Source: an uncultured virus (IMG/VR IMGVR_UViG_3300038704_000019) (Duplodnaviria; Heunggongvirae; Uroviricota; Caudoviricetes). From it: 22,410 nucleotides of DNA. Position 1 is the first letter of the stretch; every line of letters starts with the position of its first letter. Under the pieces are notes generated by a model. It was given only the letters and a program-made list of their open reading frames with translations, was not told the DNA's origin and searched no databases. Location of the stretch: the IMG/VR virus record IMGVR_UViG_3300038704_000019, positions 62,001 to 84,410 of that record; one strand, 5' to 3'. Both the position numbers and the translations under genes were made by a program. This document shows positions 1-9,298 of this stretch, one piece after another.

Positions 1-2
1 TT

Positions 3-212
3 AACGCCCGCGCACTTGCCACGCTCGGTATTGGGTTTGCCGCTAGGCAGATCGCCGCATTCGGTTTGCTGGTTGATAGCGTAGTCATGTCCGTCAAGCC
101 AGATACAAGCGCGCTTGGCGGGGGCGAACCAAGGACGATGGAGTTGCACAAGCTGCATATTCTCAAGCGCCGACAGCGCGACGAAGATGCTTTATTCATG
201 CTGCTATCGTGA
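3..212 (+). CDS. 3' end of a hypothetical protein (start lies outside the window)
   Basis: Frame 3 is open from the window edge (NARALATLGIG...RRQRDEDALFMLLS) to TGA 210-212; same strand as all downstream genes. Confidence 0.55.
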   Translation, partial: NARALATLGIGFAARQIAAFGLLVDSVVMSVKPDTSALGGGEPRTMELHKLHILKRRQRDEDALFMLLS

Positions 213-228
213 CGCGACAATAGCCACA
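207..228 (+). promoter_or_regulatory. Putative phage late promoter, copy 1 (leaderless start)
   Basis: TCGTGAC GCG ACAAT AGCCAC ATG; motif starts 21 nt before ATG 228; no Shine-Dalgarno. Confidence 0.7.
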
Positions 229-1385
229 TGAACAAAACACCTCTGCTTATCGACATCGGCCCGCTGTCCTGCTGCGCATCCGATGCTGTGCTGGAAGACA
301 TGCACAAGGCGCTGCATGATGACGACCACGACATTTGGCGTCCGCATGAGTCGCCATTTATCCGTGATCTCATCGAGAAGTGGACATCGTTCGGGCTAGA
401 TCGCCTTGGCAAGATTCTCGCCGAGCTGATGAAGTGGATTAAGGGCGGCTTTCACAAGCCAAGCAAAACGCCTGTTCCTAAGCCAAAGATGTTTGTCCGC
501 TGGGGAAAAGATGAGCTTGAAGGTGCCAAGCTGTACCTTGAAGCGCTCCCACCGGAGGTATTTACCCTTGATGACTGGATGATGGTTGTGGACTACCTTG
601 TCCAGAAATACCTTCCACAGGACGTGATGATGGATGATGCCAAGTGGCAAGTCACTCGCGCATCCATGATGGGGAGGGTTCAAAAGCACATGCCTGAAAT
701 GGCGGCGGTCGCGGCTGGCGCAGCGGCGGCGAAAATGCCTGTTGATCTCAATGTAATCCAACGCGATTTCGGCATGACATCGGCGCAAAAGGCTGCCATA
801 GACTTTGGGCAGCACCGGTGTTGCCAATATGTTGTGAATGTCTCAGAGTCATCCCGCGTCAAAATGAAGCTTGCGGTGGTCAACTGGAAGAAAGAAGAGT
901 TCGAAGGCGTGCCGTCGGCAATGGCGAAGCGCAACTTGGAAGGCAAGCTACTAGACGAATTCGCTGTACTCAATAAGGACTGGCGCAGAATTGCGCTCAC
1001 TGAGGCGGGCGAAATGGCGAATCAGGGCTTTGTCGCATCAATGCCGGTCGGGCAGAAATTGAAGCGCATGGAGCAATATGCAGGGGCTTGCCCGTATTGC
1101 CGCAAGATAGATCAGAAGGTAGTGACCGTTGTTGAAGCGACCAAACAAGACAAGAACTACGATACCGAGATTTGGACAGGCAAGGACAACATTGGCCGAT
1201 CTGCGTCACCATTAAAGCGCGTCGGCGGTCAGTTGGTGAGAAGGTCGGATAGCGAACTTTGGAGCATCCCGGCTGGATTGGCACATCCTCATTGTCGTGG
1301 CCGCTGGGCAAAAGTCAGCGATGCTAAGCCTATCGATGACCAGAAATTCGCCGACTGGCTCAATAATCACTTCAAGAAAAAGTAG
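228..1385 (+). CDS. Phage head morphogenesis / minor head protein (Mu gpF / SPP1 gp7-like)
   Basis: RIALTEAGEMANQG, CPYC and AHPHCRGRW match the R-x-A-x-TE ... C-x-x-C ... HPxCR pattern of Phage_Mu_F proteins; head-module context. Confidence 0.8.
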   Translation: MNKTPLLIDIGPLSCCASDAVLEDMHKALHDDDHDIWRPHESPFIRDLIEKWTSFGLDRLGKILAELMKWIKGGFHKPSKTPVPKPKMFVRWGKDELEGAKLYLEALPPEVFTLDDWMMVVDYLVQKYLPQDVMMDDAKWQVTRASMMGRVQKHMPEMAAVAAGAAAAKMPVDLNVIQRDFGMTSAQKAAIDFGQHRCCQYVVNVSESSRVKMKLAVVNWKKEEFEGVPSAMAKRNLEGKLLDEFAVLNKDWRRIALTEAGEMANQGFVASMPVGQKLKRMEQYAGACPYCRKIDQKVVTVVEATKQDKNYDTEIWTGKDNIGRSASPLKRVGGQLVRRSDSELWSIPAGLAHPHCRGRWAKVSDAKPIDDQKFADWLNNHFKKK

Positions 1386-1404
1386 CGTCATCACTGCGTA
1401 ATTG

Positions 1405-1426
1405 TCGTGACTTCATGCTGTCTGCA
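1405..1426 (+). promoter_or_regulatory. Putative phage late promoter, copy 2 (leaderless start)
   Basis: TCGTGAC TTC ATGCT GTCTGC ATG; 21 nt before ATG 1426; no SD. Confidence 0.7.
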
Positions 1427-4400
1427 TGAATATTCCAGACTTCACATCACTTACGCTTGCCAAGCAATCTGCTGAGTTGCTGGCGAAAGCTGAACATACC
1501 GATTTTCACCCAACGCCAGCACAAGCCGAGGCTGGCAATTACGCCAAGCGCAAAATGGCGTGGCATGGGCTGACTATCTCGATTGAGAACGAGCCCGGCT
1601 CTATCCGCAAAGGAAACGGGTGGCAAACCAAGATGGTTTTCCCATACGGGTACATCAATTCAACTGAGGGAAGCGACGGCGATCAGGTTGATGTGTACGT
1701 CGGGCCTGATGAGGATGCCGATACTGTCTATGTGGTTCATCAGCGCAAGTATGGCGACTGGGCGCACTACGATGAAGACAAGTGCATGTTGAACTTTGCA
1801 TCGGAAGATGATGCCCGCGCCGCTTATCTCAAGCACTATGATGACCCGCGTTTCCTTGGGCCGATCACCGCCATTCCAGTGGATGCCTTTGTCGAAAAAG
1901 CGAAGGCTGCTAATGGGCGGATGATTAAGTCGATCAGCCTGATTTTCCCAAATGGCAATCGCCACGAACTTACTGGTGTGCAGTTTTCATTCGTTGATGA
2001 CAACCTTCTGGTTAAGGCGCTTGCGCCTGGTCAACGCTGGATCACTGTTCACCCAAACGGCGCTGGCTCGACTGGTGTGCCCGTGATGGTGCAGGAGGCG
2101 CAGCATGGCTCGGGAGTATTTCACGTCATCGGCGGGGCCGGCGGCAAGCTGAACTACCTCAAGTTGCGCGGGCTTAAACCAGAGTCAAGCTACAAAGAGC
2201 ACGCAGCCGAAAATGCCAAGACCAAGCGTGATGCGAAAAAGCAACAGCGTGCGCGAGATAAAGAACTGGGTATCGATCACGGCAAAAAACAGGCGCGCGA
2301 GTCCGTGCAATCGCAAAGGCGAATGGCCGACAAGGCTTTCCTGCAAAAAGTTGCCGACAAGATGGGGTGGAAGGCGGAAGACCTTGAGCCAAAGATACCT
2401 GAAAACGTATCCGATGCCACAAAGCAAAAGATTGAACACCGCCACCATAGCGAACTACTGAAACGGGCTAATGCGGCTGTCGAGTTGCAGCATCAGAACT
2501 TGCTGACTGACGCTATGGCGCGCGAAGAAGCGGGCGGCGTATCGGTTGAGCCGAATGAGCATTCAGATTCTGCCAAACTCAATATTTCAGACTTGGATGA
2601 TGCGCACCCTCAGAGCATGAGCGGGCTTGGATTCTCAGCGCACTACGCGGAACGCGCTGCCGCCAACGGGGCAACGCCAGAGGAAATTCAGCAAGAGGCT
2701 GCAGGGAAGAAAGAATCAAGGCAGTCGATCATGTCGGAGGCGCAACGATCTGCGATTAAAGCGCGTGGCGATACTGCCCGTCAGATCAAGTCTGAGCTTG
2801 AGACGATTCGTGAACCAATAGCATCAAGCATCAAGGCTACGCTGGCATCCGCATCTGATGCAGTTGAACTCATCAAGGCACAAAAGGAATGGAAGGCAGT
2901 ACAAAAGGCCGCTCAGGCAGCGAACAAAGACATTGACGAGGCAAAAGAGGTCAAGGCGTACAACCTTGAGGTGTCCGCACCGGAAGATTCTGACATTCAG
3001 GCCGATATTGAGAATGACTTGCGCACCATCCGCACCAAGGCATTCCTGTCCACGATAGACAAAGAGGTGGACGAGCCAGAAAAGGCAATGCGCCGACATA
3101 TCGGTGCTGGCGCATTCAACTCGATCAACGCCTTGGCGCTTACTGCCGGTGGCGCTGCGCTGATAGACCGCTCTGTTGTCGATGTGCTTGGTGTTGAGGG
3201 GGCGGCGCAGGTATTGGCGCGCCGCTTGCACGCCGATTTACCAGCCGATGAGATGGACAAGTTGACGGCTGGCATGGAAGATTTTCACCTTCATCACTAT
3301 ATGGAAACCTCGAAAGAGGCCATGCAGGAAGCGCAAGAGTTACACGATGCTGCGAAGGAAATCGGGCTTGGAGAAGCCAGTCACGGCGCTGATTTTGAAG
3401 CGGCGCGAGAGTTCCTACATCGTCGAAAAGCGGCTGTTGAACAGGCGCACAAGATACTCGGGACGGCGCTGGGTGAAATGGAAGCCAATGCGGCGCTGGT
3501 CACGGCGCTCAAGGGCGGGCGCTCCGATAAGCCGATGGAAGTGCCGCTTGGCAAGGTGTCTGACGAAGATGCAATCAGGCAGGTGCGCGCCATCGGATTG
3601 CAGCGTGGCGATTACTCAATAGACCGGGTGGCCGGAAATCAGGTGTTGACCATTACGCCGGACGGATTAGACCGCTTGGCAAAGCCAGTTGATCGCGAAG
3701 AGCTTGACCGCACGCGAAATACGCTCGCCATCCTTAACGGTGAGCATGATGAGGATGACTGGTTGCCGCAAGGATTTGCGAAGCGGCCAGACTTGGCGTT
3801 GGACTTAAAGCCCGGCGTGGCCGCGACACTTGCCAGACCGTTCAAGCCATCAGGCGATATGCGGCAATCAATCAGGGATTACATCGGCGGTCGTGCGGCG
3901 GATGGCGATTCGCCTGATGCGATAGTCGAAGACTTGCAGTCGGCAGACTTTTTTCAGAAGTCGGGGAATGCGGAAGCCTATCGCGAAGCACTGGATGAAG
4001 TCGCGGCTCGTACTGACAAGGACGGCAAGCTACTGCGGAATGAAGACTTGGCTGGCGTGTTCAATGACTATGCCGATAGCTTTGTGCAGCGCGAGTACGG
4101 CGGAAAGATCGCGACCATACATCGGCAAAACTTCGAATCTGATGCTGTGGCGCAAGATGCACTGCACCGCGCGCTATCCGATACCCCGGAAGGTATAGCC
4201 GCATACAAGCCGATTGGCGAACTCACAACCGACGATCAACAGACATTGCGCAAGTTCTTTCATGCCAATGTGGCCCATGAGAGTGACGAGGCCGAGATAT
4301 TGCGCGAGCGCCTTGACGGCATGGCGCACATTGAGCCTGAAAAAGAAGTTCGGGATATGTTTGGCGAAACAACCTCAAACCCAGAATGGCAGGCATGGAA

Positions 4401-6534
4401 ATCCCAGCGTGACGCTCTGGCAGAAGAGGTGAATGCATCTTCCCTGACGTGGGCGAAGTATGCCGATGCCATGCACGGGCACGAAAATGCCTATGCGTCG
4501 GTGCAAGATTTAATCCGCTCGAAAGTTGGGCAGTCATTCCATGAGAATTACAACAAGCTCAATCCAAACGCGCCGCTGAAGCTGGGGCGGCAAGTGGTGC
4601 GCAACAACTTGAACCACCTGGACGCAGTTGACCCCAAGGCAAGGGTAGCCCGTGAAGCGAAAGAACGTGCATTGATCGACGGCCTGCGCGAGCGTAGCCA
4701 AGGGAAATATGCCGCCGGTAGTGTGAGTGACAAGCTCGATGCCGCGAGGGAAGAGCAGGAAGCGTTCAACCAGTCGCAAATGGGATTTTTCTCTACCGAG
4801 CAAGAGCCTGACATGTTTGGCGACACGCCTGCCAAGGCTGAAAAACCACTATCTTCCGATGAACGTTACACGTTAGGCCATGCTGCCGAGCGCACCATTG
4901 CGGCAATGATGCCCGTTGTCGGGCAAAACTTTAAGCCGGGACGCCCGCTGAAATTGTTCAGCCCAACGATGTCGGGCCCCGATGGGGTGATGCGACAACG
5001 GGCGATCAAGATCATTGAGAAAAACAAGCGTGTCGCGCTGGCGGCTGGTACCGGAGCCGGAAAAACGGCAATGATGCTTGGGGCATTCTCGCACCTGCAA
5101 TCTCAAGGCAAGGCAAAGCGCGGTCTATTCCTTGTTCCGTCAATTGTTCAAGGGCAGATCGGCGCTGAGGCGCTGCGCTTCATGGAGCCTGGCAAATATA
5201 GCTGGCACTGTGAGCCGGGCGCTTCGCGCGACGAGCGAATTGCCGCATACAAAGACCATAAGCATCACTTCACGGTTATGACGCACCAGTCTTTCCGCGA
5301 TGACATGCTCCACCTTGGCGCGCAACATACGGGCGTTGACGCGGCGTCGATGAGTGCGCGTCTTGAGGCAATGCAGCCAGAGCAGCGTAGCGCGTGGATG
5401 AAGGGAGTGATGGCAAAAGAGGGTATCAATTACGACTTTCTGGCTGCCGATGAAGCGCACAACACGCTCAATCGTGCGGGAAAAGAGAATTCCGCAATGG
5501 CGAATGTGGTTGATTCTGTGTCTGCCAATAGCGAGTTCTACATTCACAGCACCGCCGATGTAATCAAGAATGACCTATCCGAGGCGGCAGACATCATGAA
5601 AAAGATGGATCCCAAGCGTTACGGCGACACGGCGGCATTCATGCGCCGGTACGGCGTGAATACTCAAGGCGCGCAGGATGCGTTGAAGCGCGAGCTTATC
5701 CGGCATGTGTTGCCATTCAAGATTGAACCAAAGATACGTGCGGACAAGAAAGAGATTGCAGTAAAGCCAACTGAATCCCAAAACAAGGCGCTCTCTGATC
5801 TGGACAAGAATCTAGGCCGCGTGCGGATGGCGCGCATGGAGGGCAAGGTTGATGTCGAGGCGATGAAAGCAATCTCACCTGAGCACTTCAAAGATGCGCC
5901 TGAGTCTGAGCACGAGGCGATTGCCAAAGAGCTTTCATCCAGCATCGGCATTATCAAGGGCTCTGCTGTCCGGGCAATTCTTGATTCGAGCCCTGATTCG
6001 GCCAAGATTGATGCGCTTGCCAGCATCGCCAATGAGCGCAAGGGAAAGCCGGGCGTGGTATTCGCGCACTCATTGGAGGCGGTGCAGAACATCAAGGAGC
6101 GTCTCGAAAAAGATGGCCACCGCGTCATGACGCTGACTGGGGCCGATTCATCCGTCGATAAATCAGCCAAGATTCGCGGGTTCAATCCTGATAAGGGCGA
6201 CCGCACGCACGACATCATGGTTGCATCGGATGCTGGGGCAACCGGTGCGAACTTGCAGTCAGGCCAGTGGCTGACGCAGTTTGACAGTCCAATGACGGCC
6301 ATGACACATGCCCAACGCAATGGCCGTATCAATCGCATCGGACAACAGAACGATGTAGAGCTCATGGATTTGGTCGCCGATCATCCAAGTGAGCGCAATG
6401 CGCGGGAGCGTTTGAAAACAAAATACGCCTTGCGCGAGTTGATGAGCAGTTCATTCGAGGGGCTTGATGACACTGGTTTGGCGGCATTCTTGCATCAGCG
6501 CAAGGTGGCCCAAGCTAACGAGTCGCTTTTTTGA
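1426..6534 (+). CDS. Large polyvalent protein: N-terminal inorganic pyrophosphatase-like domain, long helical middle, C-terminal SNF2/SWI2-type SF2 helicase
   Basis: GNYAKRK..GLTISIEN..GS.RKG..YGYI..TEGSDGDQVDVYVGP..DEDKCML (phage polyvalent-protein InPase pattern, ~1510-1900); Walker A GTGAGKT, VPS, DEAH, GATGANLQ, QRNGRINRIGQ. Confidence 0.8.
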   Translation: MNIPDFTSLTLAKQSAELLAKAEHTDFHPTPAQAEAGNYAKRKMAWHGLTISIENEPGSIRKGNGWQTKMVFPYGYINSTEGSDGDQVDVYVGPDEDADTVYVVHQRKYGDWAHYDEDKCMLNFASEDDARAAYLKHYDDPRFLGPITAIPVDAFVEKAKAANGRMIKSISLIFPNGNRHELTGVQFSFVDDNLLVKALAPGQRWITVHPNGAGSTGVPVMVQEAQHGSGVFHVIGGAGGKLNYLKLRGLKPESSYKEHAAENAKTKRDAKKQQRARDKELGIDHGKKQARESVQSQRRMADKAFLQKVADKMGWKAEDLEPKIPENVSDATKQKIEHRHHSELLKRANAAVELQHQNLLTDAMAREEAGGVSVEPNEHSDSAKLNISDLDDAHPQSMSGLGFSAHYAERAAANGATPEEIQQEAAGKKESRQSIMSEAQRSAIKARGDTARQIKSELETIREPIASSIKATLASASDAVELIKAQKEWKAVQKAAQAANKDIDEAKEVKAYNLEVSAPEDSDIQADIENDLRTIRTKAFLSTIDKEVDEPEKAMRRHIGAGAFNSINALALTAGGAALIDRSVVDVLGVEGAAQVLARRLHADLPADEMDKLTAGMEDFHLHHYMETSKEAMQEAQELHDAAKEIGLGEASHGADFEAAREFLHRRKAAVEQAHKILGTALGEMEANAALVTALKGGRSDKPMEVPLGKVSDEDAIRQVRAIGLQRGDYSIDRVAGNQVLTITPDGLDRLAKPVDREELDRTRNTLAILNGEHDEDDWLPQGFAKRPDLALDLKPGVAATLARPFKPSGDMRQSIRDYIGGRAADGDSPDAIVEDLQSADFFQKSGNAEAYREALDEVAARTDKDGKLLRNEDLAGVFNDYADSFVQREYGGKIATIHRQNFESDAVAQDALHRALSDTPEGIAAYKPIGELTTDDQQTLRKFFHANVAHESDEAEILRERLDGMAHIEPEKEVRDMFGETTSNPEWQAWKSQRDALAEEVNASSLTWAKYADAMHGHENAYASVQDLIRSKVGQSFHENYNKLNPNAPLKLGRQVVRNNLNHLDAVDPKARVAREAKERALIDGLRERSQGKYAAGSVSDKLDAAREEQEAFNQSQMGFFSTEQEPDMFGDTPAKAEKPLSSDERYTLGHAAERTIAAMMPVVGQNFKPGRPLKLFSPTMSGPDGVMRQRAIKIIEKNKRVALAAGTGAGKTAMMLGAFSHLQSQGKAKRGLFLVPSIVQGQIGAEALRFMEPGKYSWHCEPGASRDERIAAYKDHKHHFTVMTHQSFRDDMLHLGAQHTGVDAASMSARLEAMQPEQRSAWMKGVMAKEGINYDFLAADEAHNTLNRAGKENSAMANVVDSVSANSEFYIHSTADVIKNDLSEAADIMKKMDPKRYGDTAAFMRRYGVNTQGAQDALKRELIRHVLPFKIEPKIRADKKEIAVKPTESQNKALSDLDKNLGRVRMARMEGKVDVEAMKAISPEHFKDAPESEHEAIAKELSSSIGIIKGSAVRAILDSSPDSAKIDALASIANERKGKPGVVFAHSLEAVQNIKERLEKDGHRVMTLTGADSSVDKSAKIRGFNPDKGDRTHDIMVASDAGATGANLQSGQWLTQFDSPMTAMTHAQRNGRINRIGQQNDVELMDLVADHPSERNARERLKTKYALRELMSSSFEGLDDTGLAAFLHQRKVAQANESLF

Positions 6535-6556
6535 TCGTGACGGGACAATAAAACAA
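6535..6556 (+). promoter_or_regulatory. Putative phage late promoter, copy 3 (leaderless start)
   Basis: TCGTGAC GGG ACAAT AAAACA ATG; fills the whole 21-nt gap between stop 6534 and ATG 6556. Confidence 0.7.
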
Positions 6557-8436
6557 TGGAAACGAAAATCTTATTTTTCAAGTCGCATGTCAGCGCCTAT
6601 GTAACGAAGAAAGGCGTGTTTGTGCCTGCGCATTTCAATAGGCGCACTAGCCGGGCGGACGATGATCGCACTGCCGATATGTTTGCGCGTAATGTTCCGC
6701 CGTCTCCCAAGCGAGATATTCCAGTTGCAGCCTTGGAAAGGCCGGAAGACTACACGCCGGATATGTTTAGCGGCGAAATGAAGTCTGAAATTAAGGCCGG
6801 CGAGCGTTCGGCAAAACAAGATGCGGACGAATTGCGAGACTATTTGAATTATGGCGATCTGCGGTCTGCAATTGACCAGCTAACCTACATGGATTACGAA
6901 AGGGCGAGAGAAGTTCTGTTGCGCGCAGGCTTTGCCATTCCGTCCCATAAAACAAAAAGTACACGCAGTCTGATAGTCAGCGTGCAAGATCAGCTTCTTC
7001 AAGCATCGAAACCGCGTGTTATGGTGAAATCAGCCAATCCGCGCATTCTTTTCCTGAAATCACACGTCAAGCAATACACCCGTAAGGATGGCACTGTCGT
7101 TGAAGAGCATGACGATAAGCGCATGAAACAGATGCAGGCAGCGCCCGCTGCGCGCCCGTCTGCCAAACAGCCACCACAGGAACCGACGGCGCGCGACGCC
7201 GAGGACGTTCGCGGTTCTGCACATGGCTACGGAACACACAATATCGAAGAGGGTGACACAATCCATTTCAAGGCTGGCGAGTTTTCCGGTGGCGGCAAGG
7301 TGAAAGCAATCGGCAAGGATGGCGCGCAGGTAGAGGATGCATCTGGCCGATTGCATAACGTGCATTGGCATGAAGTGACCGGATTCAAGGCTGATCGCGG
7401 CGACGGTGGCGGAAAGAAACCGCCCGGCGAAAACGGAAAGCCAGTTGCGGAAGGCGAAGAGCCGCCCAAAAATGATGAATCTAAAAAGCCGGTTGTGCTT
7501 GGCAAGCAAGAGCCTATTCCGGCTGAGTCATTCAATGCCACCGACTATGCAAAGTCGCACGATCAGGCTGACGTTTCGCCGGAAAGTATCATCGCTGAGT
7601 TCCCCCCAGACACGAAAGAGAAGATTACAGCGGCTCAAGATCGGCTGAAAAACATTGAGGAAACGCTTGATAAGTTCATGACCGATGGCAAGTGGACGCC
7701 GGAGCGGCAGGAACTTCACCGGAAAATCTTGTACGACGGCGTGATGGGCAAGGATGAAAATGGCAAGGACGTAAAAATACCGGGCTTGCTGTCACCCGAG
7801 AGAATCAAGGCGGCACGCCCTCCGCAGGGCGAACAGCCAGCTTTCATTATCCTTGGTGGTCGAGGCGGTTCTGGCAAGTCTTCATTCAAGGGCGAAGTGT
7901 ACGAGCCTGATCGCTGTATTGTGCTAGATGCCGATCACATCAAGTCAATGCTCCCAGAGTATGAAGGATGGAATGCGCACCAGGTACACGAGGAATCCGG
8001 CGAGCTTTTCGATCATGTCGCAGACTTCGCCCGCATCATGGGCTTGAACGTGGTTTTGGACAAAACCATGAAAACAGCCAAGTCGGCCATTGCCGATGTC
8101 GAGAAATTCAAGAAGTCTGGGTACCGGACGGAAGCGCACTACATGCACCTGCCAAGACAGGAGGCGGGTAAGCGCGCAGTGAAACGATTCCTCGATGGCG
8201 GAGAGTCTGGCCGCTTTGTGCCGCCTGAAATTGTGCTGTCGAACACTACTAATGAGGCCGCGTTCGATCAAGTCAGGAAGATGGTTGATGCATGGTCTTT
8301 CAGAGACAACAACGTGGCAAAGGGTGAAAAACCAATTCTGATTTCGCAAAGTGGTGAGCCCGCCATGAAGAGCAAGGAGATTTTGCGCAAGTCGTTGCTG
8401 AAGAGTATGATTGTGGTGTGGAGGGTAAAAAAATGA
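6556..8436 (+). CDS. Multidomain protein with C-terminal zeta-toxin-like P-loop kinase; N-terminal repeated KSHV..Y..K.G..V..H motifs and an SH3/KOW-like segment
   Basis: FIILGGRGGSGKS (P-loop 7855-7881), VLDADHIK, HEES, NVVLDKT, RAVKRF..GRFVP follow the zeta/PezT kinase pattern; IEEGDTIHF..GKVKAIGKDGAQVED..VHWHEV resembles a small beta-barrel. Confidence 0.72.
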   Translation: METKILFFKSHVSAYVTKKGVFVPAHFNRRTSRADDDRTADMFARNVPPSPKRDIPVAALERPEDYTPDMFSGEMKSEIKAGERSAKQDADELRDYLNYGDLRSAIDQLTYMDYERAREVLLRAGFAIPSHKTKSTRSLIVSVQDQLLQASKPRVMVKSANPRILFLKSHVKQYTRKDGTVVEEHDDKRMKQMQAAPAARPSAKQPPQEPTARDAEDVRGSAHGYGTHNIEEGDTIHFKAGEFSGGGKVKAIGKDGAQVEDASGRLHNVHWHEVTGFKADRGDGGGKKPPGENGKPVAEGEEPPKNDESKKPVVLGKQEPIPAESFNATDYAKSHDQADVSPESIIAEFPPDTKEKITAAQDRLKNIEETLDKFMTDGKWTPERQELHRKILYDGVMGKDENGKDVKIPGLLSPERIKAARPPQGEQPAFIILGGRGGSGKSSFKGEVYEPDRCIVLDADHIKSMLPEYEGWNAHQVHEESGELFDHVADFARIMGLNVVLDKTMKTAKSAIADVEKFKKSGYRTEAHYMHLPRQEAGKRAVKRFLDGGESGRFVPPEIVLSNTTNEAAFDQVRKMVDAWSFRDNNVAKGEKPILISQSGEPAMKSKEILRKSLLKSMIVVWRVKK

Positions 8437-8645
8437 GCGGCAAAAAACTGGATCCCAAGAACTACTGCGGCGGCAAAGCCCCCGAGTATGGCGGTGATGG
8501 GTACAGCGAAATTAGAAGCGATTGCGATTCTTCACCTGAGTATCTGAAAGAAAAGCAGGCAAGATTGCAGGATGCCCAAGATTCAGCGCCTGACTACATC
8601 AAGCAGGCTATCGCAGAAAGCCAAAAGCAAGCTCAACCCGCATAA
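8433..8645 (+). CDS. Small hypothetical protein (70 aa), translationally coupled to the kinase gene; candidate antitoxin or partner
   Basis: ATG 8433 overlaps the kinase stop (ATGA) with GGAGG at 8420-8424; better start than the 8418 call; no recognisable family. Confidence 0.65.
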   Translation: MSGKKLDPKNYCGGKAPEYGGDGYSEIRSDCDSSPEYLKEKQARLQDAQDSAPDYIKQAIAESQKQAQPA

Positions 8646-8647
8646 CT

Positions 8648-8667
8648 AAGCCGCCTTCGGGCGGCTT
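8648..8667 (+). terminator. GC-rich hairpin with C(UUCG)G tetraloop; weak terminator or RNA stability/processing element
   Basis: AAGCCGCC TTCG GGCGGCTT perfect 8-bp stem immediately after stop 8645; lacks a long U tract. Confidence 0.55.
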
Positions 8668-8687
8668 CGCATTTCTGGAAGCACACA

Positions 8688-9248
8688 ATGACCCCAAGAT
8701 TCACAAAAGCGTTAGCCGTTGCTGCCGAAGCCCACGAAGGGCAAGAGCGCAAAGGCACTGGCATCCCATATATCACTCACCCCGTCGCGGTCGCTGCGCT
8801 GGTAGCGCGCTATGGCGGCGATGAAGATCAGCAAATCGGCGCGTTGCTGCATGATGTTCTCGAAGATGCTGGCGAAGAGTGGGCCGTGCGTATCGCGGAA
8901 TTCGGTAATCGCGTATTGTCTATCGTTCGCGCCTGCACTGATGGTACGCCGGATGCCAAAACAGGGAAGAAAGCACCGTGGCGTGTTCGCAAGGAGGCAT
9001 ACTTGCCACATTTGGCAGAAACGCCTGACGATGCACTGCTGGTTTCGGCCTGTGACAAATTGCACAACATCCAGTCTATCCACCTTGATCTAGTCGAGGT
9101 AGGCACATCGGTATTTGACCGATTCACGGCGAGTCAGGATGAAACGCTGTGGTATTACCGTAGCCTGGCTGAAATTTTCACCGAGAGGCAAATAGCACCA
9201 GCGAGTGCGATTGTCCGCGAATACGAACAAATCATCTCCAAGTTATAA
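8688..9248 (+). CDS. HD-domain phosphohydrolase, MESH1/SpoT-hydrolase (small alarmone hydrolase) family
   Basis: AHEGQERKGTGIPYITHPVAVA, ALLHDVLED, VSACDKLHN are the canonical RelA/SpoT hydrolase motifs; no synthetase domain. Confidence 0.88.
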   Translation: MTPRFTKALAVAAEAHEGQERKGTGIPYITHPVAVAALVARYGGDEDQQIGALLHDVLEDAGEEWAVRIAEFGNRVLSIVRACTDGTPDAKTGKKAPWRVRKEAYLPHLAETPDDALLVSACDKLHNIQSIHLDLVEVGTSVFDRFTASQDETLWYYRSLAEIFTERQIAPASAIVREYEQIISKL

Positions 9249-9256
9249 CCGCTATG

Positions 9257-9278
9257 TCGTGATGTCACCATAAGGGGA
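9257..9278 (+). promoter_or_regulatory. Putative phage late promoter, copy 4 (variant TCGTGAT, leadered transcript)
   Basis: TCGTGAT GTC ACCAT AAGGGG A; same spacing, predicted +1 at A9278, 21 nt before ATG 9299. Confidence 0.55.
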
Positions 9279-9296
9279 ACCCCTTAGATGGTGACA
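9263..9296. repeat. Inverted repeat overlapping the promoter and leader of the DarB-like gene
   Basis: TGTCACCAT-AAGGGG-AA-CCCCTT-AG-ATGGTGACA; 15 complementary positions with a 2-nt bulge. Confidence 0.75.
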
Positions 9297-9298
9297 CC

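Noticed and set aside
8418..8432. Longer start for the small ORF after the kinase
   Set aside because: ATG 8433 has a GGAGG SD and ATGA coupling
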